Of a stretch of 64,000 bases of DNA, positions 14,499 through 26,080 are shown one piece after another. A program made the position numbers and the translations under genes. Every line of letters begins with the position of its first letter. The first letter of the stretch is position 1. This DNA comes from the human T2T-CHM13v2.0 reference genome, Homo sapiens. The stretch lies in the NCBI RefSeq assembly GCF_009914755.1, contig NC_060934.1; one strand, written 5' to 3'. A model generated the notes under the pieces. It saw only the letters and a list, made by a program, of their open reading frames with translations, had not been told where the DNA came from and made no database searches.

Positions 14499-15640
14499 TA
14501 AAAGTTGAAATCAAAGCATGTTTTCTGACCATGATCAAATCAAACTAGAAATTAATGACAAGAAAATTACAGGAAAATCTCTAAACCCTTGAAATGAAAC
14601 ATCCTATTTCTAAATAATCCATGGGTCAAAAAGAAAGCCTCAAGGTAAACAAAACTAGATAGAGCTGAATGAAAATTACAGTTCAACATATCAAAATTTG
14701 TGGACAAAACTCAAGCAGTGCTGAGAAGAAAACTTATATCACAAATGCCAATATTAGAAAAGAAGAAAAGTCTCAAATCCATAATCACAATTCTCATCTG
14801 AAGAAACTAGAAAAAAAGAAGAGTACCTTGAACCCAAATCAAGCCAAAAGAAGGATAAAAGGGAGAGCAAAACTCAATGAAATTGAAAACATAAAAACAA
14901 TGGAGAAAATTGGTGAAAAAAAACTTTTTTTTTAAAAAAGTCAATAAAATTGACAAATCTCAATTTTGTAATTAAGTAAGACTGACAGAGAAAAGAAGAG
15001 AGAAAAGATACACATTTCCAATACCTGGAATGAGTCAAGGATATCACTACAGACCCTGAAAACATAAAAATAATCATCAGGAAATACTAAAACAATTTTG
15101 CACAAGTAAACTTGACAGCTTATATGAAATAGATTGATTCACCAAAAAAACATAAACTACTACAACTCATCAAACACAAAATATATCAATTAAGTGCCTC
15201 ATAACTATCATGAAATCTGCATTCATAATTTGCATCAGTAATTTGTAATTCATAACTCCTAAAAGGGAAATCTCAATTCCCAGATGGTTACAATGGATAA
15301 TTATATTGAACAGTTAATATTAATTTTTCACAGCATCTTTCAGAAAATAGAGAGGAGAAGGTAATACACTGGCATTCATTTTATGAAGCTGTATTACCCC
15401 AACACTAAAACTGGACAAAACTAGTACAGAAATAAAAAGAAAATTAAAGACAAATATCTCTCACAAACGTAGATGCAAACATCCTTATCATTAGCAGATA
15501 GAATTCAGCAATATATAAAAATAATTTACACCACAACCAAGTGGGGTTTATTCCAGGAATATAGGGCCAGATTAGTATTTGAAAATCAATCAATCTTATT
15601 AACAGGCTAAAAGAGAAAAAAATCACAGGATCTTCTCAAT

Positions 15641-15870
15641 TGCAGCCTTGACCTCCCAGGCTCAAGCAATCCTCCCACCTCAGCCTCCATAGTAGCTGAG
15701 ACCACAGGTGCAAGCCACCATGCCCAGCTAATTTGTTGTTGTTAATTTTTTGTAGAGACAGGTCACACCATGTTGCCCAGGCTGGTCTTTAGCTCCTGGT
15801 CTCAAGTGATTCTCCTACTTCAGCCTCCTAAAGTGCTGGGATTACAGGTGTGAACCCACCATGCTCAGCC
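15641..15870 (-). mobile_element. AluJ lacking its 3' end and tail, within L1 ORF2
   Basis: 'tgcagccttgacctcccaggctcaagcaatcctccc' to 'ccatgctcagcc'. Confidence 0.92.
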
Positions 15871-16301
15871 TCAGAAATTTACCCATATATAATTTTTAAA
15901 ACTTCTAGAGAAATGGGAATAGAGGAAAACTTCCTCAACTTGATAAGAAACATTGCAAAAACAAACAAAATTGCAGCAAACATTATATATAATGGTGAAA
16001 AACTGAAGACTTCTCTCAAGATTGGGAACAAAACAAGAATGTTTGCTCCCACTATTCTTAGTCAACATTGTGACAGAAGTGCTAGCCAGTGCAATAAGGC
16101 AAGAAACAAAACTAAAACGCGTACGAGTCAGAAAGAAAGAAATTTTGCTGGTGACATGTTTGTTTAAATAGAAACACTTAACAATGTTAACATTGCTGGG
16201 GACCTGGCTAGAGTATACAACAACTCTCTCTCTGTTATTTCTTACAACTGCATGTGAACCCACAATTATCTTAAAAGGTCTAATTTAAAAAAATATATTC
16301 A

Positions 16302-16423
16302 GGCAACATTAACATATGTAACTAACCGGCAAATTGTGCACATGTACCCTAAAACTTAAAGTATAATAATAATAATAAAAAAATAAAATAAAATAAAATA
16401 CACCTATACTACTGGAAAAAAAA
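16302..16423 (+). mobile_element. Very short 3' end of a young L1PA with A-rich tail
   Basis: 'catatgtaactaacc...tgtgcacatgtaccctaaaacttaaagtataataat'. Confidence 0.9.
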
Positions 16424-17049
16424 TATTGCAAAGCATGGCATTTAATAGTTCAAAATAACTTCTGTGTTATATTCTATTTTCAACTAGAGGCCTTGTGCAG
16501 ATATATCATGGAATTGTCATTTTTATTTATTAGGTTGAAGTTGTACTTGGCATTGAGAAGAATTTAGCAATGCAAAAAAATAGTGCTTGTTTATCTACCC
16601 TTAGCCTAGAAAGAGGCAATCATGTAAACTGAAATGTAAGAGCATTTCCCTTTATCTTTTTGTCTTGCTTACTGTTTATTGTTTTTATTGGTTTGAACTT
16701 ATTGTTAGGTTTTTATATAATACTTGTTTATTATGAAAATTTCAGAAGCAATTATTGTTATCCTTGGGAAAGCATAATAGATTTATTTTTGATATATGAA
16801 ATGAAGGGACAAGAAAATACATACTTTTTAAAATTAAAATGGCACTGCATAGACATAGTTTCCAACTAAAATTTTAAAAGATATTCTATAAGTATCATTT
16901 TTTAAATACTATTAAAAATATATTTAGATAGCGACCTCCAGGGGCCATAGCAATGCATCTTGTACTGGAATTTTCTTTTTGCAGTAAACAAAGAACAACA
17001 AGAATAATATAGGAGGCAATTCTTTTTAAGGATTGTACAATAGGCTGAG

Positions 17050-17660
17050 CAGAACTATGATCCTTGAGAAAAGGAAAATATTAAGATGAGTCCAGATTCA
17101 CTGCAGACTTTGAGCTAGGGAGGTGGAGTCCAAACAATGCAGTGGTCTCCCTTAGTTGAGGAGCTGTGTGTAGGGGGTGAATGTCCCCCATAGGCTCTTC
17201 TCTGAGGGCTGAATGTAAGGTAATTCCCATGAGCCCAAGCAGGGATGTCTACTGTGATCCTCAGCTTCACTGAGATACGAGGTATTGCATGACATAGGGA
17301 GAAGTTAGAGATGAGCTCAGAAGGAAAGGAGCTAACTTACTAGATATTTCACATTCAGTTGAGATATCAGAGGAGCCATGCTTTATGGGTAAGTGCCATA
17401 CTCTAGGGAAGGCTCCTCATTAAGACTAGGGACTAAACAAAATTTAATTCATCTTAGCAAATAATACAACCAAATCTAACAGGACCAAACATTCTAGCAG
17501 TAATTTAACTGTTGACATATCAAAACCTAACACCTTTTAGGGAAAATAACATAATCCAGCGTCCCTAATTAAACATCCACAAATACAAGCATATAACAAA
17601 AAGTTACTAGACATGGGAATAAGGAAGAAAAATGTGACACATAATCAATTTAAAAAGCAG
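17050..17660 (+). mobile_element. Old L1M 5' region remnant
   Basis: 'agtaatttaactg', 'aaagttactagacatggg...aaaatgtgacacataatca' resemble L1M 5'UTR/pre-ORF1 text. Confidence 0.55.
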
Positions 17661-17699
17661 GTAGTATTGTAGTAAAAGCAGGTTGAATTGACTTAAAGA

Positions 17700-18120
17700 A
17701 ACCAACCATCTTTAGGATGTTGAATTTTTCCCCTTAAAGAATAGTATCACTTTTCATTTGTTCAAGGTGTCGTGTGCCAATCATTCCCTTCAAACAGATT
17801 TCTGTGTCTCCCACCCCAACATGGCTTATTTTATTTTGTTTTGTTTTATTTTACGTTTTGCTTTAGTTAATGATTGCTTTCTTAAAACCTTCTAACTGAC
17901 AGTTGGTTTGGTTTCTTGCCTTTTCTTAAAGGGGATAGGAAATGCTATTGAGTTTTCTATATTAATTTTATGGCCTTCTGTTTATTGAATCACAATACTG
18001 TCTGAAATTACTTTTTAGTTATTCCTCTTATATTTTCCAGGTATAGTATATTTCTGAAGATAGTCATAGTGTTTATTTATCCTGCTCAATATTTGTAACT
18101 CTTTTTCTTATCAAATACTT
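17700..18120 (-). mobile_element. Old L1M ORF2 remnant
   Basis: 'ggaaatgctattgagttttctatattaatttta', 'ttttccaggtatag'. Confidence 0.55.
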
Positions 18121-18349
18121 TTAACTGAAAATGCCAATGGGGTCTCTTCTTTTGTTACTTTCTGTAGGTGTACATGATGCCGGCCTTTTGGTAGTCTTCT
18201 CCATTTGCCTCTTCAGTGGCTGAATTTAATCACCAAGTAGGTCTTTTCTCTTCCACTTTAACAGGAGATCCAAATGATCTTTTTGGTGTTTCAATAAGTG
18301 TACTATTTCTTCTAGGTCAAAAGTAAAAACAAGGAAAGTAATAGAAACA

Positions 18350-18830
18350 TTAAGCAGAGACCACTAAGGAAGTTACTGTAGAAGTCTAAGAAAGATGGTG
18401 ATGAAAATTCCAAATAGATTTTGACTAGATGAAGAGGAAAGTTGGTTTCAGGGTACATTTTGCAGGTAAACTCTGATGTGGATGAAGGGATTGGGGAATA
18501 CAGGTAAAAGACAAAAGGAGAAATCAACATTATTTCCCAGGTTTTGCTTAAGCAACTGGATGGATAGTGCCCTGTTAATGAGATGGAATAGGTTTCAGAG
18601 GAAGAAACTCCCAAAACTTCATTTTAGCATGTCAGATTTGTGAAGTCTATTAGGCATTCCCAGGTAGATAGCTACAGATAGACTCTATTGATTAGGGTAG
18701 AATTCCAGAAGACATGACTCTGGTTGTCAACACCAGGTTGATGTACTTAAAGCCACGGTACTTGGTGAGATCTCTTAGATAGTAGTATACATAAAGAAGA
18801 GAAAAGGATCAGAATCTAGACGCATTCCTC
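18350..18830 (-). mobile_element. L2 remnant
   Basis: 'gagaccactaaggaagttactgtag', 'ttttgcttaagcaactggatggatagtgcc', 'ttttagcatgtcagatttgtgaagtc'. Confidence 0.72.
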
Positions 18831-19285
18831 ATAAGCAAACTAGAATTGCCAAACGTTACATAAAACCCATAACATAAAGTATGCATATTTATTTTACAAA
18901 GGTATTAATTTGATGGGCCTTTAAGATAAAGACTTGATAGAGAATTAAATATTACTTTCTAAAAACCCAGTTTATATATAATGTTTAATAAGTACATCTA
19001 GATTAAAGAGAAGTTCAATTTTATTTATTGCTTAACGTGGAGTGATAAGTAGTTCATTCAGAATTCTCCCATTTAATTTTTTGTTCTCTTCAATGCATAA
19101 TCATCATTTTGTATTTCTCCTTTCTCCCTCATATGAGAGTATTATATTCAGGATTTTAAGTGGAGGAAACAGACAAGTTCATGTACATTTGATTTCAGGC
19201 AATGTATAAATGAGCAAATGATATGAAATAGAGTCAGAGTTTTAAGGGATTTTATCTTTTGTTTTAATAAAACATTGGTACGTCA

Positions 19286-19895
19286 GGATTCTCTAGATGT
19301 AAGATCATATCATTGGCAAACAGAGATAGTTTAACTTCCCTTTTTCTATTTAGATGTGCTTTATTTCTCTCTCTCTTACTTCATTGCTCTGTCTAGGACT
19401 CCCAGTACTACGCTGAATAGGAATGGTGTAAGTGAGCATCCTTGTCTTGTTCTAGTTCCTAGGGAGGACTGCTTTCAACTTTCCTCCATTCAGTATGATG
19501 TTGGTGGTAGGTTTGTCAAATACGGCTCTTATTATTTTGAAGTATGTTCCTTCTATGCCTAGTTTCCTGATGGTTTTTAATCATGAAGGGTTACTGGATG
19601 CTTTTCTTGCATATTGAAATAATTATATGTTTTTGTTTTAAATTATTTGTGTGGTGAATCACAATTATTGATTTGCTTATGTCGAACCATCCTTGCATCC
19701 CTGGGATGAAACCCATTTGATCATGGTGAATTATCTTTTGATGTGCTGTTGGATTTGATTTGCTGCTATTTTGTGGAGGATGTTTTCATGTATATTTATC
19801 AGGAATACTATATAGATCTGTGGTTTTGTTTGTGTGTATGTGTCCTTTGTGGGCTTTGGTATCAGAGTGATCCTGGCTTTGTAGAATGAATTAGT
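19286..19895 (-). mobile_element. Isolated L1P/L1M ORF2 (RT region) internal fragment
   Basis: 'aagatcatatcattggcaaacagagatagttt' (antisense of LFANDMI), 'gcatccttgtcttgttc', 'ccatccttgcatccctgggatgaaaccca'. Confidence 0.9.
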
Positions 19896-21575
19896 GAGCT
19901 ATCGAGATGTAAAAGTAAGCAGCGATATTAAGAAAAATATTTTTTATTAAAGACTTTATCTGCACATGTAAAAATATTAATGTCTTTAAAAACATTCCAA
20001 AGTTTTTATAGACAGAAAATAAAGCAAGGGAAGTGTTTGTATCACTTTGAAGATAAGTCTGATATTCAGCAAAGGATATGTTCTACTAATCCAAAAATTT
20101 AAATTGACTTTGACCTGAATAGCGCCAACCAGTTACATTAAATATAGGGATGGAGAAAACATTACATGATTATTGTACTCTAAGTGCTATTTTGATATTC
20201 TCACTATTAACATAAACCTGAAAATTGAATTTAGAATTATAACTGGATAAGAGCAACTTCACCATCACCCCTAATCCATGAAAGTCTAAAAACCTAAACA
20301 AGCAAAAAAAATTTTAAAAAACAATGATAATGGTAAGATGACATACTTGACCAGAATAAATCAAGTTGTCTCAGTTACTCCATTGTGTTACATTCAGCTT
20401 TTTTGAATCTAGCGCATAAATTGGGGTTGATTTATGCTTAATACAACCACATGATCATTCACACATTCTCCCTCTCTTGAGTTTATAGATTTAAGCATAT
20501 AGCTTCACGGTTTTTATCTCCGTGAAAAATCCATCCAAAATGATATATCAGACTTAGTATTTCAAAACCGTAGCAAACAAGCAAACAAAAAACAACTCTC
20601 ATGGTGATACAGAAAATTTAAAACAAACTATTTGTTATCAGAAAGATACCTACAAGAGCATTGAAGTGTTTCTTTCTAGATTCCATCTTGATGCAAAATG
20701 CATCATGTAGCCTCGGGCACACCACATTTAAAATAGAGCAACCACTGATACGGTGATGAGCTGTGATATATGCTGTTTGGGAAGCAAAGGAAAGACCGTA
20801 TCTTTACTGGGAAAATATAGCAACCGAAAGTAGATCCTTTTATTTCCACTCTATGGGTAAAAATAGTGAAAATGGAAAGTTGAGTAATGCTGTTAGCTTA
20901 TGGTAGGTTTAGCTGCCAGACAACTATTCTGTATTATGAAAAGACAACCCACTCCTAATTCAGATAAGACCAGTGTTTGGCATCTGTCAAAGAAACGAGT
21001 AAACGTACAAGTTCTGAGACTTCTATGTCTCTCCCAAAATTCACCAATAGGCCCACTCCTAGATTATATATGGAATTTTGAAAAACCTATAAATACTCTA
21101 TTCTATTACTTATGTTAACGTGAGTGCATGAGCATATTTTTCAACTGAAAAGCTACCTGGGCATGATGAAGTTGAAGCATGAATAAGGAACTCCAACAAG
21201 AAGCCAAGTTACGGCAAAATGGGATAGTAAGGTAAACACAGTCTGTTCCTACTAAATTTTCTCTGAATTCACCATGCATCTGTGCTTAAAACCTGAATTT
21301 ATACTGAGTGTTCAGGGTCCTGCCTTCATGACTAGGCCAGATGTTAAGCTCTTTATGACTTTATGGTCTAGTATGTATTTATTTAAAGTAGGACTATGTA
21401 ATGTTTCAGTTTGCCTGGGGTACTCTGGTTTATGGCTATTGTTCAGGATTAATCATCAGTAGCATCCCTTTCATCCTCAAAAGTCCTCCTATGGACAAAA
21501 AACGTTATGGTCACCCATTTACAGGGAAGAAAATAGTATGAATTTTCTGCAGAATACAGAAACATCAAATATTAA

Positions 21576-22214
21576 TGTCAGAGGCATTTAAACTAGAGCA
21601 ACTTCATCTTGAATAGGAGCTGGGTAAAATAAGCCTGAAGCCAACTGGGCTGCATTCCCAGTTAAGTCAGGTATTCTAAGTCACAGAATGAATAGGAGGT
21701 CGGCACAAGATACGAGTCATAAAGACCTTGCTGATATAACAGTTTACGGTAAAAAAGCCGGCCATAACCCACCAAAACCAAAATGGCGGTAAGAGTGACC
21801 TCTGGTCAGCCTCACTGCTACACTCCCACAAGTGCCGTGACAGCTTACATATGCCATGGCAATGTCAGGAATTTACCCTATATGGTCTAAAAAGGGGAGG
21901 CATAAATAATCCACCCCTTGTTTAGCATATAATCAAGAACAAATGCCATGGCAATGTCAGGAATTTACCCTATATGGTCTAAAAAGGGGAGGCATAAATA
22001 ATCCACCCCTTGTTTAGCATATAATCAAGAACTAACCATAAAAATGGGCAATCAGCAGCCCTGGGAAGTAAAGGAATAAATAACCATTCTTTATCCTTTA
22101 CTTTCCTGATAAACTTGCTTTCACTTTACAAAAGGGACTTGCCCTGAATTCCTTTTTGTGTGAGATCCAAGAACCTTCTCTTGGGGTCTGAATGGGGACC
22201 CCTTTCTGGGAACA
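21576..22214 (+). mobile_element. MER41A solo LTR (ERV1) with internal tandem duplication
   Basis: 'tgtcagaggc...catcttgaataggagctgggtaaaat' to 'ggacccctttctgggaaca'; 4-bp TSD ttaa (21572-21575 / 22215-22218); lacks the MER41B GAS-containing insert after 'aaaaaggggagg'. Confidence 0.92.
21847..22030 (+). repeat. 92-bp tandem duplication (2 copies, 1 mismatch)
   Basis: 21851-21940 is identical to 21943-22032. Confidence 0.97.
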
Positions 22215-23855
22215 TTAAGGCAAACCTTGAGACCAGTTCCTATTATTGTCTTAGGATAAGTGATGTAGAAATTAAACTTTCCTGAAGAGTAGAATTAGCC
22301 TTCATTGTTTTCCCCAATAACTCAGTATACTCGTGGAAAATAACATGGTTTAGGACGACTTTAATCAGGAATAAAATTTTACAATCCTGGAGCCTGGGGC
22401 TAAAGGGTACAGTTGGAAGGATGAGGGCAGCACCAACATCAGGTAGAATATTCTGAAATCAAGGAGAAGGAAGTGATATTTTAAGGACCAGATTATAATA
22501 TCACTTCCTCTGACTTGAGTGTCCAGTTTTTGGTGATTCTTAGAATGGTCTCAGGCATTGCATAGTGGAAGCCAGGAAGTAAAGTAGAGCATGAAGACAT
22601 GAAATGTAAGCTGAAAGCTCATTAGAAGGAAGTTCTGGGAAACAGGATCCCATTAGAATGGCCCACCCAGCATCATTATCTAAAAATATTTAGCATAGAA
22701 ATGTATTATCTACGGCTGGCACAAGTCAGAATTGAGGCATTAAAAATGGTAGGAATGGCGGCAGAGAGTATTGTATAAGTGTGTCCTACCCAGGCCAACA
22801 ATGTGCTATGCTAATTTTAAGAGGTAGCATTGACATTTAAAATATATTTGATTCCATACTTTGGTGATTACAAAAATAGTTTCTTATTACAATTGCTTTG
22901 GAAAAAAATTCATCCTTTGTATCTTCATTAAGAGAGAAAAAATTGACCACATCTTCAAAAGTAGCTGTTTTTGTCCATGTTAAGTCTTGGCTCATGTTGG
23001 TTTGCCAAGGAGTACTGGGTAGCACCTGACTCTAATCCCAAACAAACAAATAGGCATCCAGGTTAGGAGAGCAGTGATGTGTACAGTGAGGGCCCGAGAA
23101 AGGTACACAAGATTCAATTACATTTAAAACTTATTACACAAAATCTTGACACCTCTAAAGCAAGCAAGTAAACAAACAAGCACACAAAATGAACTTTTCT
23201 ATTTATGACAAGACCTAAATGTCATCACTAAAACAGGTAAAGAGACTAATTGAACTGAACCAGTTTGGGAAATTCGAAGTGGTCATTGAACAAATACAAA
23301 CAGAGGACTTTGGTTATGAAAGACATGGTCATCTTTAGGTCTTTCTTAATCCAATTTATATTCACAAAACATCGTGCTTATAGCATAAGCATCCTAAGTG
23401 AAAAGTTATACATAAATTGGGAATGCGTTTTGTGGTATTTTGTTGTGATGTTTTAAATTTTATATTATTTTTTGTTCATGTTGGTTGTTCTGTCAATTAA
23501 TGCTACTGAAGTGTAAGAATCTAACAGGGTGTGGAGTATTTACAATTCTTACCCTACCGAAGTCTCCAAGATGTCCTGAAATAAAAAGCATGCTAATTGT
23601 AATGACACTATTGCTTATTCAAGTTATTTGACTATATTTTACTATGTAACCTTTTCCAAATAAAATCCTACTAATGGATACATAATCCTATCTAGAAAGA
23701 AAAATTACATCAAAGAAGATGTGTTCAGAAATATTGACCTAATGCACCATAGACTGTAGAATAAATGAAATAAGACTGCTTAAGCTAACTAGAAGATAAA
23801 ATGATGAACAACATTTGGATCATTCCAAAAAGTGCATTTTCTTTTTTCATTTTAG

Positions 23856-23864
23856 AAATCAAAG
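23856..23864 (+). other. Candidate 9-nt microexon AAATCAAAG
   Basis: 'tgcattttcttttttcattttag|AAATCAAAG|gtgagt': strong acceptor, consensus donor, frame-preserving length; no transcript evidence. Confidence 0.3.
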
Positions 23865-24601
23865 GTGAGTCCTATTACGTGGGCAGTACATTATTATTTT
23901 ATATCAATAATCCCTATGATTAAACTAGAGATCAGAAATTTAAGCATTAGCTATCACGCATGTATTTTTCTCACTTATAAAGTATCCCTTTTTTTTGCAA
24001 TTGATTCATACAAAAAGGAATTACTTTTAAGGATTGTTCTTGATGAATGCTACTGAAATTGTAAAAGTAGTCTTTTGTTATTTTTGAGCTATAATGTATT
24101 ACCCATGAGCTCTGAAGCTCTGTCGTTTTGTCTTATTGATTATTTGCTGTTCTTTCTAACTAAGGACATTGCTTCTGTACTTCCTTCACAAACTCAAAAG
24201 AGCATTTGGTGACATTATAAAATATATCCAGCTATTGGATTTTTATAATAGTTAATCTTCAAGGAAAGCATGGGAACTAAAATGTCAATCAGCAAGAAAT
24301 TTTAAAAACATTTCAAAAGACTTGTTCTTTTTTTTAAACTTCATCATGATACAAAAGGCCATAATCCTCTGAGAATCCATTTTTCTGCCACAATAAAAGA
24401 AACAACAATGATGATAAACTTATTTTTTAACCCAAGTTAAAACTGACTATAGAGAATTGCAATATGAAGACGATAAATATTCATTACACAATTGAGTGAA
24501 AACTAGCCATAAATTCACTGGCATCATAAACTTGGACAAGGTCAAAGTTATCATTTTGTAGACTGGATAGTTTTAGCACTGATGTGTCCTGATGATAGTT
24601 T

Positions 24602-24789
24602 TTATTTTTTAAAAAATTTTTATGTTACTTATTTTTTGAAACTAATTAACTAATTTCAATAGTTTTTGGGGAACAGGTGGTTTTTGGTTACATGGATAGG
24701 TTCTTTAGGGGTAATTACTGAGGTTTTGGGGCACCCATCATCTGAGCAGTGTACACTGTACCCATGTGTAGTCTTTTACTCCTCACCCC

Positions 24790-24792
<3 letters not shown>
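24602..24792 (-). mobile_element. L1PB1-like extreme 3' end with degenerate T-tail
   Basis: 'tttcaatagtttttggggaacaggtggtttttggttacatggatag...gtacactgtaccca'. Confidence 0.88.
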
Positions 24793-25093
<301 letters not shown>

Positions 25094-25847
25094 TAGCTAG
25101 CTTGGTTCTTGCCACTTTTGGCAGTCACAAATTTTCACATCAGTATCTTCATCTTTGAGTATTGCAATGTCATTCATAGCACCACACAAACTAGACCAAT
25201 TCTCTCCATATTCTACGGTAGTTTCTATTTTTCCTTTCAGTTTTTTAATTCAAGTTATGTCACCTACATGCTATTATATTGTTCTGCCTGGTTAGTAACC
25301 GAATGCTTCAGAATTTCCATTTTGCTCAGTGGGCTTTCTCTCTGTGTCATGAAAGAGTTAGGGTTTCCTTTGATATGCAGGCTTAGAAATAATTTATCTA
25401 CTCTTTATCCCAACAAAAACATTTGGTCTTTTATTAAATGCAATAATAATATTTAACTAATTTAATGACTATTTGTTTTGATCCCTTAATAATTTAGTCT
25501 GCATCAATATTTGGCTGGAGTTTAAGTTGCCAGGAGGTAAAGGCTATTTTGGTTTAATTGCTTTTATAAAAGCTTCATGTAATGCCATATCCTGTTAGGT
25601 GTTTCATAAAGATGTTTCATGATTGCATGCACTTAACATCAGATACCGGTTAGGTGCTTTAAAATAGTAGCTAAATACTTTTACGTATGCAAATATTGAG
25701 GGGTTGGAAAAACACCATCTTTATTCTCAGAGTCTACCAATTAAGATTTATTGATCATAAAATATTTATACAGTCGTAGGTTAAGATGCTATCTTAATAG
25801 TCATAAAGTCTGGTTAGTAACATGGAAACCGTTTATGATCTAATAAA

Positions 25848-26080
25848 AGTAGCCACTCTTCATTGAGTACATACTGTACAGCAGGAACTTTATATAAATC
25901 ACCTCAAAGTTTCTCAACCAAACCTCGAGGTATGTATTTTGTCGTCCTCAGTGTACAGATGAGGAAGTAGAAGTTCACACAGCTTAGGGAGCTTTTCCAC
26001 TGTTACTTAACTAATAGACGGTATTGAAGATTGAAACTAGGGCCTTTGACTTTCAAGTTCAAGAGTTTTGACTTCACTAG
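25848..26080 (-). mobile_element. MIR
   Basis: 'ttcattgagtacatactgt', core 'tacagatgaggaagtagaagttcacacagcttagg'. Confidence 0.8.

Larger units (their letters stand above)
11740..16293 (+). mobile_element. Long old L1 (L1MC/L1M4-like): ORF1 and ORF2 EN-RT remnants joined to the extreme 3' end; hosts nested L1PA and Alu
   Basis: ORF1-like A-rich region ~11.9-12.8 kb; ORF2 start 'IANLSPIISTNILNVSNLNGPI' (~13140) resembles L1 EN N-terminus; 'FAGDM' (~16143) is the decayed RT FADDM motif; L1MC-type end 'ttacaactgcatgtgaacccacaattatc'. Confidence 0.88.

Noticed and set aside
20890-21155. Possible MLT1-type LTR relic
   Set aside because: Similarity too faint to support without an HMM search.
21847-22032. 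CRISPR-like or repeat-spacer array
   Set aside because: Only two adjacent units with no spacers, inside a primate LTR; no such array exists anywhere in the window.
21576-22214. MER41 as an interferon-gamma/STAT1 enhancer
   Set aside because: The tandem TTCCNGGAA-type motifs of MER41B are absent at the expected position.
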